Shown in pieces: positions 51,164 to 60,369 of a stretch of DNA of 64,000 nt. The notes under the pieces were generated by a model. It ran no database searches, was not told the DNA's origin, and worked only from the letters and a program-made list of their open reading frames with translations. The stretch is from Spirochaetia bacterium. Its GTDB lineage: Bacteria; Spirochaetota; Spirochaetia; SZUA-6; Bin103. The stretch is from positions 1,280,001-1,344,000 of the forward strand of contig CBDAOI010000004.1 of assembly GCA_965198005.1 (NCBI GenBank). The letters run 5' to 3'. Position 1 is the first letter of the stretch, and each line of letters starts with the position of its first letter. The position numbers and the translations under genes were made by a program.

Positions 51164-52942
51164 ATGCACGACTTGGCGATTCGCAACGGCCGCGTCATCG
51201 ACGGCAGCGGTCGGCCGGAGTATCAGGGGGACATCGGGATCGGCGGCGGCAAGGTCGCAGCCGTCGGGGCGGACGTCGGGCCCGCCCGGCGCGAGATCGA
51301 CGCCGCCGGCAAGCTGGTTACGCCGGGCTGGATCGACATGCACACCCACTTCGACGCGCAGGTGTCGTGGGATCCGTACCTCACGCCCTCCTGTTGGAAC
51401 GGCGTGACTACCATCGTCATGGGCAATTGCGGCGTCGGCTTCGCCCCGGTGCATCCCAAGGACCGCGACTGGCTGATGGACCTGATGGACGCGGTCGAGG
51501 ATATCCCGGCGATCGCGATGTCGGCCGGCATGACGTGGGCCTGGGAGACGTTTCCTGAATACCTGGACGCGATCGACCACAAGCCGCGCGTGATGGACGT
51601 CCTGACCCAGCTCCCGCACTGCGCGCTGCGCACCTACGTGATGGGCGAGCGCGGGGCGGAGGACATCCAGCCGACCGCCGCCGAGCTGGTCGAGATGACC
51701 CGCATCGTGCGCCAGGGGATCGAGGCGGGCGCGTTCGGCGTCTCCAGCAACCGCCTGCTGGCGCACCGCACCAAGCAGGGCGAGCTGATACCCGGCACCC
51801 TGGCCCGCTATCCCGAGATCGAGGCGATCGCCAAGGGCGCGGTCGAGGCCGGTGGCGGCGTGCTGCAGTTCGTCGGACCGTTCGAGCGCGAGTGGCTCTA
51901 CTCCCTGGCCCGGATGGCCGGCATCAGCGTGACCTACCTCATGGGCGAAGGCGGACGCGAGTCGCTGGACCCGCTGGAGGAGAAGGCGTACGCCAATGGC
52001 TGGCGGGTGTATCCCCAGGTCCGCGGCCGCGGCACCATGATCATCATGAACCTGGAAGCATCACTCCATCCGTACATGCTCAACTACGCGTATCGGGAGC
52101 TGGTCGGCTCGCTGCCGATGGCGGAGCGGCTACGCAAGATGCGCGACCCCGAGGTACGCGCGCGGATTCTCGCCAGCGACTGGGACCTGACCAACGACGT
52201 GCGCAAGAAGATCGGCAACAAGTATGGCGAGGTCGGCCCCGACGACAGCCCGTTCGTCGACGATACCACGCCGGGCAGCCGGCTGCCCTGGTTGCTGGAA
52301 CGGATCATCTCCAATCCCACGCGAGTCTACGTGCTCGGCGATCCGCCCGACTACGAGCCGGACGCGGCGGCCAGCGTCGCAACCTACGCCAGGAAGCACG
52401 GTATCTCGGCCGACCAGGCATTCTACGACCTGCTCACTGCCGACCGGGGTCAGACCATGCTGATCCACTACCTGGAAGGCTACTCCCAGGGCAACCTGGA
52501 GTACATGGCCGACATGATGCGCCATCCGATCACCCGCAACGGCCTGAGCGACGCCGGCGCCCACGTCGGCGCCATCTGCGACGCGCACATGCCGAGTTGG
52601 AACCTGGCGTTCTGGGGACGCGACCGCACCCGCGGCGGAAAGGTCGCGCTGGAGACGATCGTGAACAAGCAGACACGCGGCCCGGCGGAGGTGTACGGGC
52701 TGCTCGACCGCGGCCTGCTGCAGCCCGGCATGCGCGCCGACGTCAACGTGATCGACTTCGAGCGCCTGTCATGGCCGGCGCCGCACATCGTCTACGACCT
52801 GCCGGAGAGCGCCAAGCGGTTCATGCAGCGCACGGTCGGCTACGACTACACCATCTGCGGTGGCGAGATCGTGCTGGAGCACGACGACCTGACCGGTGCG
52901 CTCCCCGGCCGCCTGGTGCGCCGCCCGGGCAGGTCTCGCTAG
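51164..52942 (+). CDS. N-acyl-D-amino-acid deacylase family amidohydrolase
   Basis: IRNGRVIDGSG, PGWIDMHTHFD, GVTTIVMGNCG, SDAGAH, RGLLQPGMRAD. Confidence 0.92.
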   Translation: MHDLAIRNGRVIDGSGRPEYQGDIGIGGGKVAAVGADVGPARREIDAAGKLVTPGWIDMHTHFDAQVSWDPYLTPSCWNGVTTIVMGNCGVGFAPVHPKDRDWLMDLMDAVEDIPAIAMSAGMTWAWETFPEYLDAIDHKPRVMDVLTQLPHCALRTYVMGERGAEDIQPTAAELVEMTRIVRQGIEAGAFGVSSNRLLAHRTKQGELIPGTLARYPEIEAIAKGAVEAGGGVLQFVGPFEREWLYSLARMAGISVTYLMGEGGRESLDPLEEKAYANGWRVYPQVRGRGTMIIMNLEASLHPYMLNYAYRELVGSLPMAERLRKMRDPEVRARILASDWDLTNDVRKKIGNKYGEVGPDDSPFVDDTTPGSRLPWLLERIISNPTRVYVLGDPPDYEPDAAASVATYARKHGISADQAFYDLLTADRGQTMLIHYLEGYSQGNLEYMADMMRHPITRNGLSDAGAHVGAICDAHMPSWNLAFWGRDRTRGGKVALETIVNKQTRGPAEVYGLLDRGLLQPGMRADVNVIDFERLSWPAPHIVYDLPESAKRFMQRTVGYDYTICGGEIVLEHDDLTGALPGRLVRRPGRSR

Positions 52943-53005
52943 CACCCTGCCGGCGTCGCGGCCCAGACCCACCGCCGGCAGCGACGAATCGGGCATAATG
53001 GCGGC

Positions 53006-54229
53006 ATGACGACAGGGCAGGGCGGCGGCCGCGGGCCGGCGCTGGCGGGGATTCGGGTGCTCGACGCGACGCGGGTGCTGGCGGGTCCGTACTGCACGAT
53101 GGTGCTGGCCGACATGGGGGCCGACGTGGTGAAGGTGGAGCGCACGGAGGGCGGCGACGACACGCGCGCCTGGGGGCCGCCCTACCTGGGAGACCCGGCG
53201 GCCGGGCTCAGCGCCTACTTCCTGGCGGTGAACCGCAACAAGCGCAGCCTGGCGATCGACCTGCGCAGCCCGCAGGGACGCCAGCTTTTCCTGGACCTGG
53301 CGGCGCGCAGCGACGTGGTGGTGGAGAACTTCGCGCCCGGCGTGGCCGAACGGCTGGGGCTGGATCATGCGGCGCTGTGCGCGGCCCGGCCGGACTTGGT
53401 GCACTGCTCGATCACCGCGTTCGGGCGCAAGCCGGGGCCGGGCTACGATCTGGTGATCCAGGGGCTGAGCGGGCTGATGTCGCTGACCGGCGAGCCGGAC
53501 GGGGCGCCGATGAAGGTGGGCGTGGCGCTCACCGACGTGATCGCGGGCCTGCACGCCGCGAGCGCGATCCTCGCCGCAGTGCTCAGCCGGCAGCGGACCG
53601 GCCAGGGACAGCACCTGGAGATCAACCTGATGGGGTCCACCGTGGCTGCGCTGGTGAACGTGGCGCAGGCGTTCCTGCTGAACCACCGCCCGCCGCGCCG
53701 CTTCGGCAACGCCCATCCGCAGATCGTGCCGTACGAGGTGTACGCGGCCGGCGACGGCTACGTCACCATCGGCGCCGGCAACAACAAGCTGTTCGCCGGG
53801 GCGTGTGCGGTGCTCGGCTGCCTCGAGCTGCTGCGCGATCCGCGCTTCGGCGACAACTCGGCGCGGGTGGCGAATCGGGCGGCCCTGAACGCCGTGCTGA
53901 CCCCGCTGGTTGCCGCGCGCACCTCCGCCGAGCTGGTGCGCGAGCTCACCGCGGCCGGGGTCCCGGCCGGAGCGGTAGCCGACCTGCCGCGCCTGTTCGG
54001 CGCGCCGCCGACCGCACCGCCCGGAGTCAACCTGCTGGAACTGGCGGCGGCGGACGACAAGCGTTATCTTTCGGTGGGACCGGTGGTCGAGATGCCGGGT
54101 CTCCGGGGCGACCCGCGCGGTGCGCCGCTGCTGGGACAGCATACCCGCGAGGTACTGCAGGAGGTGCTGGGCTTCTCGGCGGAGCATCTGACCGAGCTCG
54201 AGCGAGAGGGAGCGATTGCAACAGCATGA
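53006..54229 (+). CDS. CaiB/BaiF (class III) CoA-transferase
   Basis: LAGIRVLD, LAGP, GADVVKVE, NRNKRS, VENF.PG, GYD. Confidence 0.95.
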   Translation: MTTGQGGGRGPALAGIRVLDATRVLAGPYCTMVLADMGADVVKVERTEGGDDTRAWGPPYLGDPAAGLSAYFLAVNRNKRSLAIDLRSPQGRQLFLDLAARSDVVVENFAPGVAERLGLDHAALCAARPDLVHCSITAFGRKPGPGYDLVIQGLSGLMSLTGEPDGAPMKVGVALTDVIAGLHAASAILAAVLSRQRTGQGQHLEINLMGSTVAALVNVAQAFLLNHRPPRRFGNAHPQIVPYEVYAAGDGYVTIGAGNNKLFAGACAVLGCLELLRDPRFGDNSARVANRAALNAVLTPLVAARTSAELVRELTAAGVPAGAVADLPRLFGAPPTAPPGVNLLELAAADDKRYLSVGPVVEMPGLRGDPRGAPLLGQHTREVLQEVLGFSAEHLTELEREGAIATA

Positions 54230-55443
54230 ATTCGCTGCTTGAAACCCCAACCTATACCCCGATGCCGCAGGCGGAACGGGAGGCGCTGCTGGCCGACGTC
54301 GAAGCCTACTGCCGGGAACTGCGGCCGCTCGAGGATCTGTGCTATCTGGAGCACCGCTACAACGAGGCGGTGGTTGCGCTCGGGCGCAAGCATGACCTCC
54401 TGGGCATGGTGGTGCCGAAGGAGTACGGCGGCCGCGGCGCGGACGCCCCCACCTATGCCGCCGCGATCGCGCGCATCGGCCGCGAAGGCTCCAGCGTGCG
54501 CACGCTGTTCTCCGGGCACTGCTCGATCGGGCAGACCCCGATCGTGGAGTGGGGCACGGAGGAGCAGAAGCGGCGCTACCTGCCGGCCACGGTGACCGGC
54601 GAGCGGATCCTGGCGTTCGGCCTCACCGAGCCCGACGCCGGTTCGAATCCCCTGGAGATGCGGAGCACCTACCGGCGGCAGGGCGATCACTACGTGCTCA
54701 ACGGCGTGAAGTACCTCATCTCCAACGCCACCATCGCCGGCGCCATCATCATGTTCGCCTACCCGGAGGACCCCGGCAACGGCAAGCGGCGGATCAGCGC
54801 GTTCATCATGGACACCGACGGCGAAGGGATCGAGCGCGAGGCGTTGACCGCCAAGCTCGGCATGCCCACCTGCGACACCGGCATGTTCGAGTTGACCGAG
54901 TACCGGGTGCCGGTGGAGAACCTGCTCGGCGCGGAGGGCGACGGCTTCGCGGTGGCGATGAAGACGCTGCGCAGCGGCCGGCTCAGCGTGGCCGCGGGGT
55001 GCGTGGGCGTGATCGAGGACTGCCTCGAGGCGGCGGTCGATTACGCCAAGGAGCGCCACCAGCACGGCAAGGCGATCGCCCGTCACCAGCTCGTGCAGGA
55101 CCACGTCGCGCAGATCGAGGTCGCGCGGCAGAGCAGCGCCAGCATCGTGGGTGACGCCGCGCGCTGGAAGGCGGCCAGTGACGACCGTCCCGGCGATGCC
55201 GAGCTGGCCAACCGCGTAGACCAGCTCATTGCGGAAGCCAAGTATGCGGCCAGCAACGCGGCCTTCAACGCGGCCGACCGGGCGCTGCAGGTGTTGGGCG
55301 GCAGAGGCTGGTCCGACCTGTACCGGCCCGGACGCCATCTCAAGGACGTGCGCGTGTGCCGGATCTACGAGGGGACCGACGAGGTTCTGAAGCTCAAGAT
55401 CGCGGCCGGAGTCCTCGGCCGGGAGTACGCCGCGTTCCGCTAG
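54226..55443 (+). CDS. Acyl-CoA dehydrogenase
   Basis: FGLTEPDAGS, LNGVKYLISN, R.Q.GKAI, QVLGG.G, IYEGT. Confidence 0.95.
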   Translation: MNSLLETPTYTPMPQAEREALLADVEAYCRELRPLEDLCYLEHRYNEAVVALGRKHDLLGMVVPKEYGGRGADAPTYAAAIARIGREGSSVRTLFSGHCSIGQTPIVEWGTEEQKRRYLPATVTGERILAFGLTEPDAGSNPLEMRSTYRRQGDHYVLNGVKYLISNATIAGAIIMFAYPEDPGNGKRRISAFIMDTDGEGIEREALTAKLGMPTCDTGMFELTEYRVPVENLLGAEGDGFAVAMKTLRSGRLSVAAGCVGVIEDCLEAAVDYAKERHQHGKAIARHQLVQDHVAQIEVARQSSASIVGDAARWKAASDDRPGDAELANRVDQLIAEAKYAASNAAFNAADRALQVLGGRGWSDLYRPGRHLKDVRVCRIYEGTDEVLKLKIAAGVLGREYAAFR

Positions 55444-55545
55444 CTGGCCGAACGGCTGGCGGCGCTCCTGCGCCGGTCGGGCATCGACCCGGATATGGGG
55501 GCGTAGCGGAGGATCGGACCCGATTCAGCGGTCGCCGCGCCTGCG

Positions 55546-56001
55546 TCAGGCCTCCATCCGGGTGTGCAGCCCCTGCCAGGCGGCGGCGGCCACCTTGCCC
55601 ATTGCCGCCTCGATCAGGCTGGCGCCGACCGGCTTCAGCAGGCCGCTCAATTCCTCCACCTGCACCTGCCACTCCACGCGACTGCGGCCCTCACCGTCGG
55701 GCAGGCAGCGGATCTGCGCGTTCACGACCGCGCCGCCGCCGACACCCCTGCTGTCGATCCGGTAGCGCAGCGCCGCCGGGTCCGCCCGGTCCGCATCCTC
55801 CGGGCGCGTGATCGTGGTGCGCAGCGAGCCGCTGAGAAAGGTCAGGCCGGGCCGCACGCGGCACACCAGGGTGGCGCCGTCATTGCGCTCGATGCGGCTC
55901 AGGCCGGGGAGCGCCGTTGCCACCTGCTCCAGGTCGGCCAGGGCGGCGCGTACCCGGTCCCGGTCGCAGGCGAAACGCTCGGCGCCGCGGATCTCGATCA
56001 T
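55546..56001 (-). CDS. CoxG/SRPBCC-family protein
   Basis: 151 aa; ALADLEQVATALPG...GLLKPVGASLI pattern. Confidence 0.8.
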   Translation of the reverse strand: MIEIRGAERFACDRDRVRAALADLEQVATALPGLSRIERNDGATLVCRVRPGLTFLSGSLRTTITRPEDADRADPAALRYRIDSRGVGGGAVVNAQIRCLPDGEGRSRVEWQVQVEELSGLLKPVGASLIEAAMGKVAAAAWQGLHTRMEA

Positions 56002-56047
56002 GCTCAGTGCGACTCCTTCGCCCGTCGTTGCGCGTTGCTACGCGCGG

Positions 56048-58240
56048 TCACTGGCCGGTTCCGTAGAACGCGGTTCCCGTGGCGGCGCGCGTGCTCAGCT
56101 CGGCACAGGGCCGGAACCGCGCACCGTACCGCTCCCGCAGCTCTTCCATCCGTTCCACCTGCCGCCTCAGGCCGTACTGGTCGGCGTAGCGCAGCACCCC
56201 GCCGCGATGGTCGGGAAAGCCGATGCCGAGCAGCAGCGTCAGGTCGAGGTAGAGCGGCCGGTCCACGATCCGCTCCGCCAGACAGCGCGCGGCCTCGTTC
56301 ACCAGCATCGCGAGGCAGCGCGCCACTCCGGCGGCGCTGTCGGGCGGCTCCTCCGTGCGCCCGGCGCCGGCCGCGCCCGCTGCTGAGGCGCCCGCCGCCA
56401 CGGCCTCCGTTTCCGCCACGGCCCCCGCCACCGAATCGGTGGCGGCCGCCGCCTCGCGGCCGGCGTAGCGGTAGAAGCCGGTTCCCGCGCCCCCCTTGCG
56501 CCCGGCGGCGCCGCGCTCCACGAGCCGGTGCAGGAACGGCGGCGGCGCCATGCGCGCGTCGAACGACGCGGCCAGCGAGCGGGCGATGTTCACCGTCACC
56601 TCGAGTCCGATCTCGTCCATCAGCCGGAACGGTCCCATCGGCATCCCCCAGGCGGCCAGCTCCCGGTCCAGCGCCTGCCAGTCGCCGCCGTCCTCCAGGA
56701 CGCGCGCCGCTTCCATGAGATAGGGGAACAGGATGCGGTTGACCAGGAACCCCGGCCGATTGCGCACCACCACCGGGGTCTTGCGCAGGCGCCGGGCCAG
56801 CTCCACCGCGCCCGCCAGCGCGCCGCGGCTGGTCGCGGGCACGGCCGCAATCTCGACCAGCGGCATGCGGTTGACCGGATTGAAGAAGTGCATGGCCAGG
56901 AACCGTTGCGGCCGCCGCAACGCGGTCGCCAACCGGTCCAGCGGCAGCGACGAGGTGTTGCTGGCGATCAGGGTGTCCGGCCCGACCTGCTGCTCCAGCT
57001 CGGCCAGCACCCGAAGCTTGAGCGCAGGCTCCTCGCTGACCGCCTCCACCACGAGGTCGAGATCAGCGAACTCCGTACCGTAAGTGGTGGTGGGGGCGAT
57101 CAGGCGCTGCCGGGCCGCGGCCGCGGCCTCGGCCAGCCGTCCGCGGGTCACCAGTTGCCGGTACATGCCGGCCGCCGCCGCCGTGCCCCGCCGCAGCGGT
57201 TCCGCGGCCACGTCCTTCATCGTTACCGGCAGACCGGCGTTGCTCAGCGCCCAGGCGATGCCGCCGCCCATCACGCCGGCTCCCAGCACCGCGGCGCGCG
57301 CCACCGGATGCGGCCGCGAATCCTCCAGCCCGAAGCGCTCGGCGCGCAGGCGGTTGCGGCTGAAGAACAGCGTCATCAGGTTGCGTCCCGCGCTGCTCGA
57401 CAGGCGCTCGGCGAACCCCGCCCGTTCCAGCGCCAACCCCTCGGCCAGCGGCGTGCCGGCGGCGGCGCGCACCACCTGCAGGGCCGCCAGCGGCGCCGCC
57501 GGGTGCAGCCGTCCGCGGCGGATGGTCGCTTCCACCTCGGCGGCGAGGGAGTCGCTGACCGCCGGCATCGCGGCGGCCGGCGCCGCGGCCGCGGGCGGGT
57601 CGGCGCGCACCTCGGCGATGGCGGCCTCGAGGCGGCTGCGTTGTACGCAACGGTCGACCAGCCCGGTCGCCGCGGCCTCGGGTCCGGTCAGCGCCCGCCC
57701 GCTGACGATCAGCGGCAAGGCGGCCGCCGGCCCGATCAGGCGCGGCAGCCGCTGGGTGCCGCCCCAGCCCGGAATGATGCCGAGCGTCACTTCCGGCAGG
57801 CCGATGCGGGTTTTGGGGTGGTCGGTCGCGATCCGGTAGCTGCAGGCCAGCGCGCACTCGGTGCCGCCGCCGAGGCAGGCGCCGTCGATCACCGCCACGG
57901 TCGGGACCGGCAGCGCGCCGATCCGGTCGAACAGCGCGTGCACGGTCCGGTTGAGGCGCGTGGCCGCGGCCGCGTCCGGCAGTGCCAGCAGCTCCTCAAT
58001 GTCCGCGCCGGCAATGAAGCAGTCGGGCTTCGCGCTACGCACCAGCACCAGCCGCACCGGCCGTCCGCCGGCCAGATCCGCTTCGACCACGCTCACCACC
58101 CGGTCCAGCTCCGCCAGCAGCGCACGCGAGAACACCACCAGCCGGGCGCCGGGCGGATCGAACAGTATCTCCACGGTGCCGTCGCCGGCGCGCGCGTAGC
58201 GGATCGCCGTGGTGGTCCGGGCGTGGTTCACGGGGCGCAA
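56048..58240 (-). CDS. Multifunctional enoyl-CoA hydratase / 3-hydroxyacyl-CoA dehydrogenase (FadB/FadJ-like)
   Basis: FIAGADI, CLGGG, LPEVTLGIIPGWGGTQRLPR, VLGAGVMG, SNTSS, MHFFNP, PGFLVNR. Confidence 0.95.
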   Translation of the reverse strand: MRPVNHARTTTAIRYARAGDGTVEILFDPPGARLVVFSRALLAELDRVVSVVEADLAGGRPVRLVLVRSAKPDCFIAGADIEELLALPDAAAATRLNRTVHALFDRIGALPVPTVAVIDGACLGGGTECALACSYRIATDHPKTRIGLPEVTLGIIPGWGGTQRLPRLIGPAAALPLIVSGRALTGPEAAATGLVDRCVQRSRLEAAIAEVRADPPAAAAPAAAMPAVSDSLAAEVEATIRRGRLHPAAPLAALQVVRAAAGTPLAEGLALERAGFAERLSSSAGRNLMTLFFSRNRLRAERFGLEDSRPHPVARAAVLGAGVMGGGIAWALSNAGLPVTMKDVAAEPLRRGTAAAAGMYRQLVTRGRLAEAAAAARQRLIAPTTTYGTEFADLDLVVEAVSEEPALKLRVLAELEQQVGPDTLIASNTSSLPLDRLATALRRPQRFLAMHFFNPVNRMPLVEIAAVPATSRGALAGAVELARRLRKTPVVVRNRPGFLVNRILFPYLMEAARVLEDGGDWQALDRELAAWGMPMGPFRLMDEIGLEVTVNIARSLAASFDARMAPPPFLHRLVERGAAGRKGGAGTGFYRYAGREAAAATDSVAGAVAETEAVAAGASAAGAAGAGRTEEPPDSAAGVARCLAMLVNEAARCLAERIVDRPLYLDLTLLLGIGFPDHRGGVLRYADQYGLRRQVERMEELRERYGARFRPCAELSTRAATGTAFYGTGQ

Positions 58241-58668
58241 TACTACGCTGCCCGCGCGTCACCCAACAAGCAGCCGGCTGGATCGTACGTACCGCGGGTG
58301 GTCATTGGCACGCCGCCTGCGGGGTCGGTTTTGTCGGGGCAGGACGTGAAAACGGGGTAGGGAGCTCGCCCGGCCTACTGAGCTCAAACTCGGCGTCGTC
58401 CCCGCACACCGGGGACCGCGAGTCAGCACGTCGTGAACTGACAGGCTGTGACCGCTTCAGTGAGCGGCCTTCACGTTGTCCATCGGCCCAGTGGCTCCTT
58501 CAAGTGTGGTTTCTCTGCAGGCAGCTTCTCCGTCAGGAGAGAGGCCCGGCGAGTCTCCCAACCCATACCCACATGATAGCAGACTGCGGCGGACCTGGCA
58601 ACAGGGCAGGCCGACGGGGCCGACGGGGGCCGACGGCCCCGTCGGCCTGCACGGCGCGCCGGCGCCAG

Positions 58669-58717
58669 CGTGCGATCTGCTTGATCCGCGGCTGAGCGGT
58701 GGCGCGTGCCGTCTGGG
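58669..58717 (+). repeat. Degenerate orphan oppC 3' end
   Basis: GATCTGCTTGATCCGCGGCTGAGCGGTGGCG encodes DLLDPRLSGG. Confidence 0.7.
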
Positions 58718-58736
58718 CGATGGGCGCGTCTGGGCG

Positions 58737-58799
58737 GATGGGCGCGATGGGCGCGATGGGCGCGATGGGCGCGATGGGCGCGATGGGCGCGATGGGCGT
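58737..58799 (+). repeat. 9-bp tandem repeat (GATGGGCGC) x7
   Basis: Six perfect units and one near-perfect unit. Confidence 0.95.
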
Positions 58800-58844
58800 C
58801 GCGTGTGTTGACACAGCCACGAGGAAGCCCGAAACTCCTCCGGC

Positions 58845-60257
58845 ATGGACTTTCGTGAGACGACGGTTGAGCAACTCGTCGGTGCCGTGTGCTCGCGGCG
58901 GGTGTCAGCTCGTGACTTGACGCAAGCCGCGATCGACAACCTCGAGTCGTTGAACCCGCGGCTGAACGCTTTTTGCGCGGTGAACTTCGAGGATGCCTTG
59001 GCGCAAGCCGACGCGATCGACGCGCGCCTCAAGCACGGTGATCCCGTAGGGCCGCTGGCCGGCATCCCGATAGGCGTCAAGGATCTTGAGGATGCGCGCG
59101 GCTTCGTCACGACCTTCGGCGCCGAACTGCGCGTCAACGACCCACCCGCACAACACGACTCGGTTCTGGTCGCGCTGCTGCGCGCGGCTGGTTGCGTGAT
59201 CCTGGGCAAGACGAACACGCCCGAGTTCGGTTTCAAGGGAGTGACCGACAACCGGCCGTTCGGGGCGACGCGCAATCCCTGGAACCTGGATTACAGCCCG
59301 GGAGGTTCATCCGGTGGAACCGCGGCGGCGCTTGCCTCGGGCATGATTCCGCTGGGCACCGGGTCCGATGGCGGAGGTTCCATTCGCATTCCTTCGTCGG
59401 TCTGCGGGTTGAGCGGCCTCAAGCCAAGCCAGGGGCGGGTACCGGCCGGCGGCCCGTCTCCACCCGCATCGGGAGTCCTGAGCGTCAAGGGGCCGATGGC
59501 ACTTCGGGTTCGTGACGTCGCCTATGCGCTGGATGCGGTCGTGAGGCATGAACCGACCGACATCTTTTCGATGCCCCCGCCGGCCGAGTCCTGGCGTGCC
59601 GCATTGAACCGGCACAACCGGCCGCGGCGCGTGGTCTGGTCGCCGACGATGGGATTCGCCACGGTCGACTCGGAGATCATGCAGCATTGCGAAGCGGCCA
59701 TTGCGGCTCTCCGAGGCGCAGGGGTCGAGGTGGTCGTGCGTGAGACCATCTGGGAAGAGGATCCCGCCGGACCATGGTACCGGTTCTGGTCCGCATCCCG
59801 GGCGCGCGCTCAAGGCGATTTGCGCGGCACACCGCAATGGGACCGGATCGACGAGGGGCTGAAGCCCCTGATCGAACACGGAATGGCCAACGTCAGCGGA
59901 GTCGACTACGCCCGGGCGCTCGATGCCTGTCACTATCTGAACGCCAAGCTGGTCGACGCGTTCCGGGAAGGAGACTTCATCCTCACGCCGACCACCTGCG
60001 GCCAGACTCCCAAAGCCGGTTCGGCCGTCGGCACGATCGACGGCCAGGAGACGGAACGCTGGGTCGGTTTCACGCAGGGTATCAACATGACGCGCAACCC
60101 GGCGGGTACCGTGTGCGTCGGCAAGACCGGACTCGGCCTGCCGATCGGCCTGCAGGTCATCGGCAACCAGCGCGACGACGTTGGCGTGCTGAAGACCATG
60201 TGCTTCCTCGAAGACCTGCTCGCTCAGCCGCACAACGCTCCAGTCGGTGCGGCCTGA
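58845..60257 (+). CDS. Amidase signature family enzyme
   Basis: GVKD, GKTNTPEFG, PGGSSGG, GSDGGGSIRIP. Confidence 0.95.
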   Translation: MDFRETTVEQLVGAVCSRRVSARDLTQAAIDNLESLNPRLNAFCAVNFEDALAQADAIDARLKHGDPVGPLAGIPIGVKDLEDARGFVTTFGAELRVNDPPAQHDSVLVALLRAAGCVILGKTNTPEFGFKGVTDNRPFGATRNPWNLDYSPGGSSGGTAAALASGMIPLGTGSDGGGSIRIPSSVCGLSGLKPSQGRVPAGGPSPPASGVLSVKGPMALRVRDVAYALDAVVRHEPTDIFSMPPPAESWRAALNRHNRPRRVVWSPTMGFATVDSEIMQHCEAAIAALRGAGVEVVVRETIWEEDPAGPWYRFWSASRARAQGDLRGTPQWDRIDEGLKPLIEHGMANVSGVDYARALDACHYLNAKLVDAFREGDFILTPTTCGQTPKAGSAVGTIDGQETERWVGFTQGINMTRNPAGTVCVGKTGLGLPIGLQVIGNQRDDVGVLKTMCFLEDLLAQPHNAPVGAA

Positions 60258-60308
60258 CCCCGGCCTGACCCCATCACGGAGCACCGGAGAACCGGAGAAT
60301 GCGCGCGC

Positions 60309-60340
60309 TTGACACCTCCGTCGCGAACGTGTCATACCTA
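60309..60340 (+). promoter_or_regulatory. Candidate sigma70 promoter with overlapping palindrome TGACAC-N13-GTGTCA
   Basis: TTGACA at 60309; inverted repeat 60310-60334 upstream of SBP6. Confidence 0.55.
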
Positions 60341-60369
60341 AACTCAACTTACAGGAAGGAGACATATTC

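Noticed and set aside
53377-54225. CoA-transferase/acyl-CoA dehydrogenase fusion (688 aa)
   Set aside because: The upstream part is an off-frame read of the transferase; the dehydrogenase starts at 54226
52769-58360. Long alternative-frame and antisense ORFs (e.g. 52769-54250, 56528-58360, 6541-8043)
   Set aside because: Shadow ORFs of high-GC genes; Arg/Pro/Ala-rich with no recognisable motifs
58395-58418. Type I-E-like CRISPR repeat GTCGTCCCCGCACACCGGGGA
   Set aside because: Single partial copy only
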